This document shows positions 1 through 12,072 of a stretch of DNA of 64,000 nt, one piece after another (within the stretch, counting starts at the first letter, position 1; each line of letters begins with the position of its first letter). Below the pieces are notes generated by a model. That model did no database searches and was not told the DNA's origin. It saw only the letters and a program-made list of their open reading frames with translations. Both the position numbers and the translations under genes were made by a program. The DNA is from Octopus sinensis (lineage: Eukaryota): contig NC_043001.1 of the NCBI RefSeq assembly GCF_006345805.1, positions 48,732,001 to 48,796,000 of the forward strand, given 5' to 3'.

Positions 1-49
1 AATATAAGCAGCAACACCGAACATGCAGAATATAAAGCTGCTATTGCAA

Positions 50-240
50 CATCCATTATCATCATCGTTAATGTTTAATGTCCGTTTGCCATGCTAGCAT
101 GGGTTGGACAGCCTGACAGGAACTGATAAGGTCAGAGCACCAGTTTCCATAATCTCTTTTGGCTTGGTTTCTACGGCTGGATGCCTTTCCTAACACCAAC
201 CACTTTACAGTGTGTACTGGCTCTTTTTAAGTGGCACCAC
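50..240 (-). mobile_element. Degenerate RTE-tail retroposon copy
   Basis: Contains ccatgctagcatgggttggac and ggctggatgcctttcctaacaccaacc, the reverse complement of the 3' end of the RTE LINE at 55270-55418, preceded by a (CAT)n tail. Confidence 0.7.
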
Positions 241-582
241 CACCCACAACAATTTCACAGCCTAGTGGACAGTGAGTTGGCACCTTGGTTTTAGGATCTC
301 AATTCTGTTGTGGTTGGCAGGCTTTCTTGAATACAGAAATGTGTGTCATCTCCATAGGATTTAGCATTTCAAGATAAACCTTCAATACTTCATCCCATGT
401 CTTCCTGGGTCTCCCTCTTCCAACAAGGATATTAATAAAGCCAATATAAACACAATATCAATACCATTTATGGCAACAATTACAACTGGATGGGTGGGTA
501 GGTGGATGGTTCTCTGTTATTTGATAATGACAGTTTAGTTGTTCAATCTATAGAACCACCATTTTGTTGAATTACTGTTTAA

Positions 583-1800
583 CCCTTTCGTTACTATATT
601 TCTAATCAAAATACACCCCTCATGAGTTTCAATTAAATTCTAAAATAATCATGAATTTAGGCTTGCTTCATTAAATAACTGTAACTTTTTTACTTATCAA
701 CATATTAATGTGATATTTGGAGCATAATTAAAGAAAGGGTTCTTAATCAATTCTATTACATAACTTTTGTCTCAAAGTGACTTTAATTACAGGTAAATCC
801 AGGTAAATTGAGCAAAAAGTAAAAATATTAAACTTTTGTTTAAACATCGCCATAGAAAATGAATCATCAGCTAATATTCAAATGGGTATGCAACAAAATT
901 TTGATAAAGAAAAATTGTGCACATCACTAGATCATCAGTTGTATTTAATGCACAACAGGTGTACCATAAAGGTGGAATAAACTGAAATACTGGAATACAC
1001 CGCAAGTTTGACCGAACTAAAGAAATCGGTCAAAATATAATATACGGCCCTAGTTATGGTATGGAAGGGGTAAATTCCAGACCACATCATTCCCTAGGCC
1101 ATGCTGACTAACATAATTTTCCCTGTATAAAAACTAAATCCACGCAGTACCCAGTATTTGCTTCACAAATTTTCCAAACTTTGATCCCCCATTGTGTGTT
1201 TGTTTACAATCTGCGAAACCATTTGCTTCCACAGTGATCGCTCCAAACAAGCATGCTGAAAAAAATAAAGTCTAATGGTTTCGCTTCCTAAGAAAGACTA
1301 TAGATAAACTATCTCCTCAGAAAAATTGCTAATAAAAACATTTTTAAAGTGTTTTACTTCATTCTGATGTAAAATCGTCTTTGCTGTCGCCATTCTTCGG
1401 AATCACTGCTTTCAGTTTCGGATACCGAAATATCCTATTCATTCTCGTACAGCACGTGCTTTTTATCTCATTCATTCTTTCTCCCTATTTTCCATTGAAA
1501 AAGCTTTAAATTCGTAATCAATGCTTGATAACATGAAACTCCAATCCATTTTCAAAGTTGAAGAAAAATCGATGCCGAAAAAAATGTGGAAAAAAATCTC
1601 CCAAAATTCACTGAGTTCAGATATCAGGTCAAGCAATGTCGGATACTATAAGCCGACTATTTACAAAGTGAAATCACGTATTTTTACAAATGTACCAACG
1701 AGAATTGGGTTCAAATTTACATTTAAATAACAATAGGTTCTCTCGACTGGGTTGGTATTATGAACCAAAACATTTTTCGGCCGGGTTAGTCACGAAAGGG
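583..1800 (-). mobile_element. Internally deleted piggyBac DNA transposon
   Basis: TTAA at 579-582 and 1801-1804; TIRs CCCTTTCGTTAC / GTCACGAAAGGG; minus-strand transposase remnants GIKVWKICEANTGYC (~1150-1200) and GRILYFDRFFSSVKL (~1000-1050). Confidence 0.9.
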
Positions 1801-2158
1801 TTAATTGACTGAGCCTTCCACTGACCTATGTACCCTTAACCCCTTTGCTTGTCCTGTGTATCTCAGGATAAACTGATCATATTTCCCTGGCATTGATACA
1901 TCATATATGAGATGCAGATTCCTAATTTTTTTCAACCACCAGAGTAACTTTGGACTTATGAAAGGAAAATTTTATATTACTCAGAACATGTTAAGCAAGG
2001 GCTAACTATAGGTCTGAAAGTAAGTATGGATGTTTAGGTCAAACTTATGAAACTGCTTTGGACAGGCAAATGGTATTAGCCTGTTACAGAGTATTTGACA
2101 TGGCTCATGTATATACCTTATGGTCTCATTGCTCATTCTGGCAAATTTCTTCAAGATT

Positions 2159-3685
2159 GTATTGGCGTCCTTTCTGTCTCGGGAGACAATGGAGTTGTGC
2201 ATGTTTTTTTTTTTTTGTTTTTTTTCAGTCTAGTCCGGCTTTTATATTTCATGTCCTGATACATTTCCTGCTGTGGCTGTGTAGTCCTATCCTGGACAAA
2301 CACTCCCCCTGGCAGGTACCGCAAATGTAGCGAAGACTGTTCCTGGCTGGTTGTAGTACCATAGTCTCTTGTTTACGTCTCTTCCTTTCTTTCCATTTTT
2401 CCTCTCTCTCTCTGTCACTCTTTTGTATTCCTTCTTTTACTGTACGTCGCCATTCTCCACGGTTGCCGGCAACTGCCTCCCAACCACTAATATTGATGTT
2501 GCAGGCCTTCATATCCCTTTTGCAAACATCCCTGTAACGTAAGATCGGTCTACCCACAGACCTAGTACCCCTAGCAAGCTCTCCGTAGAGTATGTCCTTG
2601 GGGATTCTGCCATCTTTCATACGGCTAACATGCCCAAGCCATCTCATACGTCTTTGTGTGAGGAGTGCAAACATGCTTGGTATTCCTGCTTGCCTGAGGA
2701 CATCTTTGTTGGGGATATGATTCTGCCATTTGATGCGGAGGATTTTTCGGAGGCAGCGCAGGTGAAAGATGTTTAGGCGACGCTCTTGGCATGTGTATAG
2801 CATCCAGGTCTCACTTCCATACAGTAGAGTGCTGAGTACACATGCCTGGTAGATTTTCATTTTCGTGGTCTTGGTCAGCTTATTGTTGTCCCAAGCCCGT
2901 TTGGAGAGTTGGGCCATCGCAGCAGCTGCCTTGCCAATGCATATATTGAGCTCAGCATCAAGGGATAGGTTGTAGGTGACGGTAGAGCCCAGATAGGTAA
3001 ACTTCTCCACCTCTTGTAATCTGTGGTCTCCAATATGTATGTTTGGGATGTTCGATGTAGCCTGGCCCATGATGTTGGTCTTCTTAAGGCTGATAGCTAA
3101 GCCAAAGTCGTTACATGCTTGCTCAAAACAGTTAATGAGCCTTTGGAGGGCTTCTTCTGTGTGTGTTACCAGAGCGGCATCATCAGCAAATAACATCTCC
3201 TTGATCAGGACGTTTCTGATTTTGGTCTTGGCACGCAAGTGCAAGAGATTGAACAGTTTCCCGTCACTTCTACTGTGCAGAAACACTCCATCATCTGATG
3301 TCTGAAAGGCATGTGAAAGTAAGAGTGAGAAGAAGATGCCAAACAATGTAGGAGCGAGGACACAGCCTTGCTTTACCCCGTTTTTTATTTGGAAGGCAGC
3401 TGATGTTGAACCGTTGTGCTGTATGGCGCCTTGCATGTCATCATGGAAAGACTTGATGATCCTCAACAGCTTTGGTGGACATCCGATTTTTTGGAGCAGG
3501 AGGAAGAGGCCTGTTCTGCTTACCGAGTCAAAAGCCTTTGTTAGATCAATGAAGGCCATATATAATGGCATTTTCTGCTCTCTGGACTTCTCTTGAAGTT
3601 GGCGTATGGAGAATATCATATCGATAGTTGATCTGCTTCTTCTAAAGCCACACTGTGATTCCGGATAGATTCTTCAAGATAGATC
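2159..3685 (-). mobile_element. 5'-truncated RTE (BovB-like) LINE with TSD
   Basis: RT ORF; RTE-type 3' stem-loop CCATTGTCTCCCGAGACAGAAAGGACGCCAATAC; 11-bp TSD TCTTCAAGATT at 2148-2158 and 3686-3696. Confidence 0.93.
2249..3619 (-). CDS. RTE reverse transcriptase ORF, 5'-truncated, uninterrupted for 456 aa
   Basis: AFIDLTKAFDSV, GVKQGCVLAP, LFADD, YLGS, LYGSETW and C-terminal CxxC...CLSRIGLHSH motifs; frame continues upstream as YPESQCGFRRSRSTIDMIF. Confidence 0.9.
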   Translation of the reverse strand: MIFSIRQLQEKSREQKMPLYMAFIDLTKAFDSVSRTGLFLLLQKIGCPPKLLRIIKSFHDDMQGAIQHNGSTSAAFQIKNGVKQGCVLAPTLFGIFFSLLLSHAFQTSDDGVFLHSRSDGKLFNLLHLRAKTKIRNVLIKEMLFADDAALVTHTEEALQRLINCFEQACNDFGLAISLKKTNIMGQATSNIPNIHIGDHRLQEVEKFTYLGSTVTYNLSLDAELNICIGKAAAAMAQLSKRAWDNNKLTKTTKMKIYQACVLSTLLYGSETWMLYTCQERRLNIFHLRCLRKILRIKWQNHIPNKDVLRQAGIPSMFALLTQRRMRWLGHVSRMKDGRIPKDILYGELARGTRSVGRPILRYRDVCKRDMKACNINISGWEAVAGNRGEWRRTVKEGIQKSDREREEKWKERKRRKQETMVLQPARNSLRYICGTCQGECLSRIGLHSHSRKCIRT

Positions 3686-4454
3686 TCTTCAAGATTATGT
3701 TGATGAAAATAACTGAATGACTTTTGCTTCTACATTCAAGGTTTTGCCAGGTGTGCATCACTAATGCAGTGATCAATTACATAACCACACCACTCCTGCT
3801 CAAAATTGATAATCCTGATATAAATTCCAGATAGAATAACTTGAATCACCGATTATTTTTAAGTCCAAGCTCTCTTTCTCTAATTAAATCATTAATGAAT
3901 ATTAATAAATTAGATATCATTTATCAAAATATCCCTGAATTCTAACTCACCACTTGACGTATTATTTGCCATGATGCTTGAAAATCAAAAGAAGAAAATA
4001 ATCTAAGAAACTGAATAAACTTTAAAAGAACAACAAAAAAAACCCCAAAACACTGACATATGGTGTAAACAGAAAGTCTTTTGATCGAAAGTTCTTTCTA
4101 AACTGAGGCTAAACTAGTTCTTGACTTTGGGCCCCAAACAATATTGCTTCATGAATTTCTGCTATGTGCAGTTTCAAAGCTTAATTACTTGTAGTACAAG
4201 ACTCTTAAGAGTTAATGTTGTTGTGTTTGAGATCTTGGGTTTGATTCAACTGTGTAGCATCTTGAGCAAGTGTCATTTTCTATAACCTTTGTTCAGTTCA
4301 TAGCTTGTGAGTGAAATTAGGTAGATGGAAATTATAAAGAAACTTATAAGATGGGTTTTTACCTGTAAATTCAAAAATACAGCCCTGTCACTCACTGTGT
4401 CTTGCTGATTCTTTCTGAGAATTACATTAAGGGTCTACACATCTGTGAAATGCT

Positions 4455-4580
4455 CAGCCAATTAAGCATTAATTTAATAAGATGGTGTAGTGACACCATC
4501 TTGGAAATCTCCAGCACGCATGCGCAGGGTTGGAGTCTTCCAGGAGGCCTGCTGGAAGTTCCTTCATGCGCATGCGCAGA
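4455..4580 (+). promoter_or_regulatory. Promoter-like GC-richer island (CCAAT box, palindrome, NRF1-type motifs)
   Basis: CCAAT at ~4458; perfect 10-bp palindrome AAGATGGTGT-agtg-ACACCATCTT at 4479-4502; GCATGCGCA at ~4518 and TGCGCATGCGCA at ~4567; about 300 bp upstream of a candidate start exon. Confidence 0.55.
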
Positions 4581-4869
4581 AAACTAGCATAGCAAAATTC
4601 TCTGGTATCACCCTCTTGGACGCCAGCAGCTAAACAAGACAGTTGTGTCTGCATCAGCTCTCTCAAGCTGCTACCTCATAGTGCCTCTCCGCTATGCTTG
4701 AATGGACAGGATTAACTCACTCCATTTGTCTACTGCCGATAAGCTCTTAGGCTGCCAATTCGCCCAGAAGAAGGAAGTGTTTATATTGCAAATCAAGAAA
4801 TAAATATTTATACTGTTGAAGTTAATCAGAAGTCTTGACTCTTTCTTCGATTAATATTTTTTGTAAAGG

Positions 4870-4918
4870 ATGCCAGCTGCACCCATCGTGTGCGGGGATC
4901 TCTCATCCTGTTACAATG
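4870..4918 (+). CDS. Candidate first coding exon (MPAAPIVCGDLSSCYN + 1 nt)
   Basis: Acceptor ttttttgtaaag before 4869, ATG at 4870, GT donor at 4919; phase 1 matches the 5658 acceptor and joins in frame. Confidence 0.55.
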
Positions 4919-5657
4919 GTATTTCCATTAATCAAACAACTGAATCCTCATTGCCAAATGACTGAGAACCATCAAACTATCCAATTTTGATTGTTGTTAT
5001 GAATAACATTGATGTTGTTATTGTTGCAATGGCAACCTTGATATTCTATGTGTTTGGTGTTGCTATATATATATGTTTTTAATATCCATTTTTTTTAGTG
5101 TTTGTTTTTGTCACTATGCCCCCTCATGAGCCAACATTGAACAAGTAGACTTACGAACTAAGACACTCAAATTTTGTTCATTCTATTTTTTTCCCTTTTA
5201 CTGTTCAGCGAGTGTTCATCTAGGATTTCATCATCTCATGTGACCTCTCTTTTTGTTAAAGAGTGTGATTTGAGATCTGATTGCTATTTTTAGCAAATTG
5301 AGTGATAGCATAGAACAGGATTAGGGAATGTTTTAATATCAGAGGTGAATTGTAAGTGCATGGAAAGCTGTCGGAATAGTTAAGTTGAACTTCAAAATTA
5401 TACCACAAACACTGTATGATACAAAATTAGTTTAAACATTTGTAAAATCACTTAAATAATATCTTCTGTCATTTTGTATCTCATAAGAATAGTTCTGTCT
5501 TCTTTGCTATTGAAATATCAATTTGCACATCATAAAAATTAAAAGTTTTACTTCAGTTGTTTATTGTCATAGTTTCTTTAAAGCTATTTTTAATAATTCT
5601 AATGCATTTTTTCTTTTACCAATGCTTACTTTTGTTTTTCTTTCTTTGTATTTTCAG

Positions 5658-6574
5658 CCAAATATCAAAACGAGAGTTTGGAGTTGCCAATTTTAAGTCC
5701 TTCGATGATGTCACAGCGAGGCAAACGGAAGTCTAGTAGTATTGACAACATAACTCCATCAACAAGTGTCTCACAAGATCTTGACTCTGCCGACCAAAAC
5801 AATGACTACCCAAATGAAAAGAAAATGAAGCCGTCCTCGTCATCAAGGGATGAAATGGAAAGCAAATCTCCCAGTGACATTCGCCTATATATGGAGAATA
5901 CATTTGATGTCCGTCGATCCTTCATTACTATTGAAGCACCAACTATTGCCATGATTAAGGAAACCTACCCATGTTTGTTCATTGACAAGGAGTTGCTCGT
6001 TGAGTTTCAGCGTGTTACAGATTTGGATATTGACCATACCATCCAAGAATATTGTGTCAAATATGCCAGTGGCATTATTGATCTTTCTCGTAACTACCCG
6101 GGATCCAGTGGCATTTTACAACAAGCCAGTGAAGTCAAAGAAGAGAACGTTGCTCTAAGACAGTATTGGGACATGGTCACTGCACTCTGCCTTTTACCAA
6201 TGCTTATGCGAGAAAATCTCACAGAAATGGTCTATGAGATAGGGAGCATGGAAGAGCCTGACCCTAAAGGTCGAATTGTACCTATGCTCCTCTCAAAAGG
6301 TCCTATTTTCAAAAGCGACGAGTTCTTCCTTGTTGCTGAAGAACAGATTGTCCAAGAATTTGAAGAGTTCACCATTGCATTTGCAGCCCTTTTCTCTGCA
6401 TATTGGGTGTTTAATATGCAATACCCTAGAACTCTAACCAACACTTACAACTTCATCCAAAAAGGTATCCTGCACATTCGCGATTCTTATCCTATTCCTC
6501 CAGTCAGCAAACAGTTGGTGCAACGGCTGCAGAAGTGGGGTCGAGTTACTGATGGCAAAGCAAAAAGACGATAA
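5658..6574 (+). CDS. Main/terminal exon of an uncharacterised ~321-aa protein with SAMD3-like (CACTA/EnSpm accessory-like) C-terminus
   Basis: Strong polypyrimidine tract and ttttcag acceptor at 5657; 305 open codons; motif AFAALFSAYWVFNMQYPRTLTNTYNFIQK recognised from the SAMD3-like family. Confidence 0.72.
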
Positions 6575-7084
6575 AAATGCTGAGTGGGGGGAAACAATAC
6601 TAAAGTGTGGGGATGGGGGGGGTACAGTATGAATGAAGAACCATATTATTCTAAATGTAAAAAAAAAAAGAGAAAAAAAATTAATAACATATCTGAAGAG
6701 TTGCAATAAGACTAAGAAAACAATAACCACAATTCTTCTCTCTCCCTCTCTTTTTCTCCTCTCTCTCACTCTTTTTCTCTGGCTCTCTTTCTCACTCTAC
6801 ATATATTTTTCATATATACTTTCTCTGTCTTAGATAATGAACATCTTCAGAAAAGAACCTACAGTTTGAGGAACTAAGAGAAAGAGTTGCTATACTCCAA
6901 ACTGATTTTAAAACAACAATTCAAAGGAATTTAACCAAATCTAACTTTTTCCTCTGAATTTATTTTTATTTCTCTTTGTTTCTCTCTCTATTTCTCTCTC
7001 TCTCTCTATCTCTCCTCTCTCCCTCTCATCTCAAAAGAAAAGCAAATTATCCTGGTTCTTTTTTTTCTTTGTTTTTCTTCTTGT

Positions 7085-8400
7085 TCTTGTCATGATAACG
7101 TGATACTTTTGGTATTATAGACTTGGTAATAATATCGCACACAACCCTGGTAATAATCTCATGGCCTTGTTATTATTTTCACAGCCCTGGTGAATACTAT
7201 AGAGCCTTTGTATATAATGTCACTAACTGCCTAGTTAAATATCACACAGCCTAAAGTGGTATCATGGCGTTGTTGGTTAATGTTGTCTGTTGATAATATC
7301 GAGATATCGGTAATGTCAGAATATTGATAATGCCTTATAGTCTCGATAATATCATTGTCATAGTGATATTGTGGTCATCTTAATATTGCACAGCCTAGAG
7401 GGCAGTGAGTTGGCAAAAATAGTAGAGCATTTGGACTATATGTTGTAGATAATTTAGTTGCACCCATCTAAATTCAAATCCTTGCAGGGTCAACTTTGCT
7501 TTTTGGTTAAAAATAGATACCAGTAATACACTGATTAATTGAATCGATTACACTGTTCAATTCTCTTTCAGAAATATCACATGGTCCATGTGACATCATA
7601 TGGGCTATCTACCATTGTTGACTGTTGGTAATGTGTTAGCTTTAAGAAAATCATTGTCATCGTTATATTAATTAATATCATAAAACCTAGATGGTATCAT
7701 GGCCTTAGTAAGATTGTTGTTAAGTATTATCATGGGTCTTGATTAATATTAATATTACACAGCCCATGTGATACCCAAGTTTTCATGTTTATCCCATGGT
7801 TAATATCATTTCTTGTTAATGTCACACAGCCCATGTGATACAATAATTTTAATGACAATGTCACCATAGAAATATCATTGTTCTCTTAATATCACACAGC
7901 CCATGTGATACTATAGCTTTAATGACCTTATTGCGAAGGTAATAGCATGGTCTTGTTAATATCACACAGCCCATGTAATACAATAGATTTAATAACATTA
8001 TTGCCAAGTTAATGTTTTTTTTATAACATTGTTATGAAGGTAATATAGTTTTGTGTATATCACATAACCTGTCTTGTAACCATGGTGTTAATAATAAGAT
8101 TATCTCACGGTAATAACATGTTTCTGTTAATATTACACAGCCAGCATGATATCATTGCTTTAATAACATTGTTGTCAAAGTAATATAATGCTCTTGTTAA
8201 TATTAAATAGCCCATGTGATACCATAATTTTAATAACATTGTTGTCAAGGTAATATGATTATATTGATATCATACAATGTAATATCATGGTTTAAATAAC
8301 ATTGTTGTTAAGGTAATATGATCTATAACTTTGTTAATATCACACAGCCCACAGGATAAAATTATCACAGTCTATGAGATTGTCTTGGCTTTAGTAACAT
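7085..8400. repeat. Decayed minisatellite, 70-bp units built on an AATATCACACAGCC core
   Basis: CACACAGCCCATG recurs at ~7823, 7893 and 7963 (period 70); looser copies extend from 7085 to ~8350. Confidence 0.8.
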
Positions 8401-8706
8401 TGATATCATGGTAGGTTGATTAGCAGAATTGACAGAAAACTGGAGCAGCCAAGTCAACTTCGTCTTTCGTCCTTCCTGGGTTGATAAAATATAATACCAG
8501 TCCAATACAAAGAGTGGTTTAATAAACTGTACTCTCCTCTGAAATATATAGCCATGCACCAATGTTAGACACGGATATCATAGTCTGCAGTAATATCCTA
8601 CTGTCTAGGTAGTGTCATGGTTTTAGTAATATTGTTTTCATATTGCAAAGGCATGGCTTTATTAATATCACATAGATAAGCAGTATCATGACTATGTGTG
8701 TGTGTG

Positions 8707-8752
<46 letters not shown>

Positions 8753-8786
8753 ATGCATATATACATATATGTGTGTATATACATGC

Positions 8787-9183
8787 ACACATATTATTGC
8801 TATAATGCAAACATGTCGTAAGTCCAAAATGTTCTTTTTCAGAAAACTAGAAAATAGTTTTACCATTCCATTTCTTTTTACATTAGCAACAGTTTCAGCT
8901 TACCAATAATACTTTGTGTGTGCATAAAATCGTAACTACATGCATGTATGGTGTTTTCAGCCAGAAATATTTTTGCAAAACTATCGTATGTAGGGCTTAC
9001 TACACTTTTGAAAAATACTAAACTGTTGCACTACACTTAGACAATATTCATCTGAAGCAGCTGGAGATATTGTAGTTTGACCAAAAGAACCAGCAATTGC
9101 AAGCAAAATTGAATATTGGAAAAAACACATTTGGCCAAATTTGGACATACGACAGTTTAACATAATAGTAACTAAAATATGTG
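8787..9183. mobile_element. Possible MITE / foldback element
   Basis: Inverted repeats TGTCGTAAGTCCAAA (8814-8828) / TTTGGACATACGACA (9140-9154) with looser outer arms, between TA/CA microsatellites. Confidence 0.45.
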
Positions 9184-9198
9184 TTAGTGTGTGTATAC

Positions 9199-9239
<41 letters not shown>

Positions 9240-9472
9240 CATACACACACACATCAAAAGTAAATAGACACTATTTTTGAAAAACCTATGTCTATAATCA
9301 AGATAATGTTATTTGATGCGTTTAAATAATTAATTAAGTATTTAGTAGATATCTCTTGTGCAGGTATTTAATGGTTTAACCCATTTTGGCATGATACTAA
9401 CGAGTTGTGCCTGCAGAGATAAAACAGTATAAGGAGGACCACCTATTTACTTTTGAGATGCCTGTAATTATG

Positions 9473-9511
<39 letters not shown>

Positions 9512-9614
9512 AAGAAGGCAACATGCACAAAGAGAAGACAACACGGTAGGGGCAAGTTTTTAGATAAATGTTGTATTAGTTTCTTGCTGAAAAAAAAAAG
9601 AAGAAAGCCCATGA

Positions 9615-9673
<59 letters not shown>

Positions 9674-9789
9674 ATATGTATATATTTGTATTTGTGTTTA
9701 TATGTGTGTGTATATATATATACGTATAATCCATGAATATAAATTATGTATATTATGTGCATGTGTGTATGTATCTACATATATATGTA

Positions 9790-11700
9790 TACCCTACAAT
9801 GATGCTATCCCCAAGCATAATTTCATGGTCATGGATGATACCCTGGGGCTTTAGTAGCATTCTTGTATTTTGATTTTGGTACTACTTTATGACTTGATAA
9901 TGTTATTCCTATGGTTATATCACAATCATCCTAAGATCACACAGCCATAGTTATATAACGATGTTGCTATACTAAATAATATAGTATTGGTAATATTGTA
10001 TCTCAGTTGAAAACATCATTGATAAAGCTACACTTCATCAGTAAATCAGTGGAAATATCATGTAGTTTGGTTGATATTTCATTGATTATGCTACATAAAC
10101 TTTGTAATAACATACATTATTCATAATATCATAGACTTGTTGATATCATATACAACTTTGGGAATAATACAGCCTTGCTGATATAAAACAGGTCTTATAA
10201 ATTCATACAGCCCGGTTGATACAGTGTAAATATGGTAATGTGACTTTATTAAATTCTACACATTCTTTATGTTACTATGTTGGTTATATCAAATAACCTT
10301 GATAACATCACCAACACTGGTCATATCACACAGACTTGGATAATAATCCTACAAATTTTAGTTATAATATCACCAGTTTTGTTGTATTATCTCTTTAGAT
10401 TTCAAATTACTTTGTCAAATGTAATGCTTATTTAATCACATTGTTTTGAATTAATCATGCATTATTTCATACCTAGGAGATTTCAATGGTATGATTGTTT
10501 TTTTAGAGTGACATTGTAGGGTAAGTGTGAGAGGCTGGATCTGGCTGGTTTGAACATGACACAAGTAGAATATTTGGGTGGGATGTGGCTGGTTTAACCC
10601 TTTCGTTACTGTATTTATTTTGAGATGCTCTGTGTTTCTTCCAATTATTTTAAATATAACAAAGAATTTAGTAAAATAACATCGTTATCATTAAGCTAGT
10701 GTTAGGAACATAAATTGTGACTAAGATTTGGTGGAAGATTTGAATTCAAAACTTATGAAAACAAGACATTTATACTAAAAAGCCAGAGCCGGTTTCAGCC
10801 GGGTTGGTAGCGAAAGGGTTAAATGCTAAATGGTTAAACAGGCCTTTACAATATGGTCACATAAATATCCTATGACCTTAATAACACCATGCAATTTGGC
10901 AATATGTATAGTCTTAGTATTATCAGAGACTTTGTAGAATCTTATGGCCTTCTTAATATTATACAGATTTGATAATTATTTATATCATTGTCTTGGTAAT
11001 GTCACAGCTTTCAGAAATACCACACAGCTTTGGTAATATCACATAGTTCAGGCAATAATTACATCTTTTTCATATCATTCAGCCTTGGAAATACTAGATA
11101 TTTGATAATATCAACATATTTGTTATATGGCAAAAACCTCATAATGTTCATGGCCTTGATAATATCTTGTGGCCTTGGTAAAATATTTTGTAGCCTTGAC
11201 AAATTATTTCATGGACTTCATAGTTATATTCTGTGGTAATACCGCACAAATTCAATAATATTTATTTTGACCATCTTGACAGTATCACTCAGTTTTGGTA
11301 AATAATAGTCTTGGTAATTTCAAATAGATCTGGTAATGCTACTGCTGATGGTAATAATGTTAATGATGGAAATAATATTATCACCATTTTCATAATATGA
11401 TACTGCCCTATTAATGATCACATGGCTTTGATAATTAACATCATGCAAATCTGTTAATAATAACCACCCAGCCTTGATAATAATATAACACAACCTTGTA
11501 TCAATATCACATAGTCTTGGTAACTACATCTCACAGCCTTGGTAATAATATGACACAGTTCTGGCAATAATATCACATGGCCTTGGTAATATCACATGGC
11601 TTTGGTAATAACCACTTGTCCTTGGTAATATCCACGTTACTACTGAGTCTTTGTAATAATCACAGGGCCTTGGTATTAGCCATAAAGCTATATCAAATCC
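9790..11700. repeat. Decayed ~19-bp satellite (GGTAATATCACACAGCCTT-like), interrupted at ~10400-10840
   Basis: Clearest units at 11530-11640 (ggtaatatcacatggcctt repeated); same core as the 7.1-8.4 kb block. Confidence 0.7.
10598..10818. mobile_element. 221-bp piggyBac-family MITE
   Basis: TTAA at 10594-10597 and 10819-10822; TIRs CCCTTTCGTTAC / GTAGCGAAAGGG; both ends resemble the 583-1800 element. Confidence 0.88.
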
Positions 11701-12072
11701 TATAATTTGCAACCTCAAGTAGATATTTTTTTCTTTTCTTTGTTTTTCAACTAGTCTGTGTTGGCTAACGTTACTTTTGGAATTAGAGTAGCATGTTGCA
11801 CATTGTATTATTATTATTATTGTAAGGTTGATTAATAATAGCAGAATTTTTTAAATGTTGAACTAAATGCCATGTTGTGGTGTTGAAGTGTCATCTCTTC
11901 TAAGTCTGATTCAGATCTCACCAAGATCATCTTTGGCGGCTATCCACCTTGGGAGTGGGGGTTGATTGAGCCAACTGAAACAGCCCTCCACTTCCCCTTA
12001 CCCTACAAATGTGTAGCCTTGTGCCTATTTAAGAACTCCTCATCATCATCATCATCATCATTATTATTATTA

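Noticed and set aside
7750-8360. Regularly spaced repeats as a CRISPR array
   Set aside because: Eukaryotic context; whole 70-bp units are homologous (no unique spacers) and there are no cas genes
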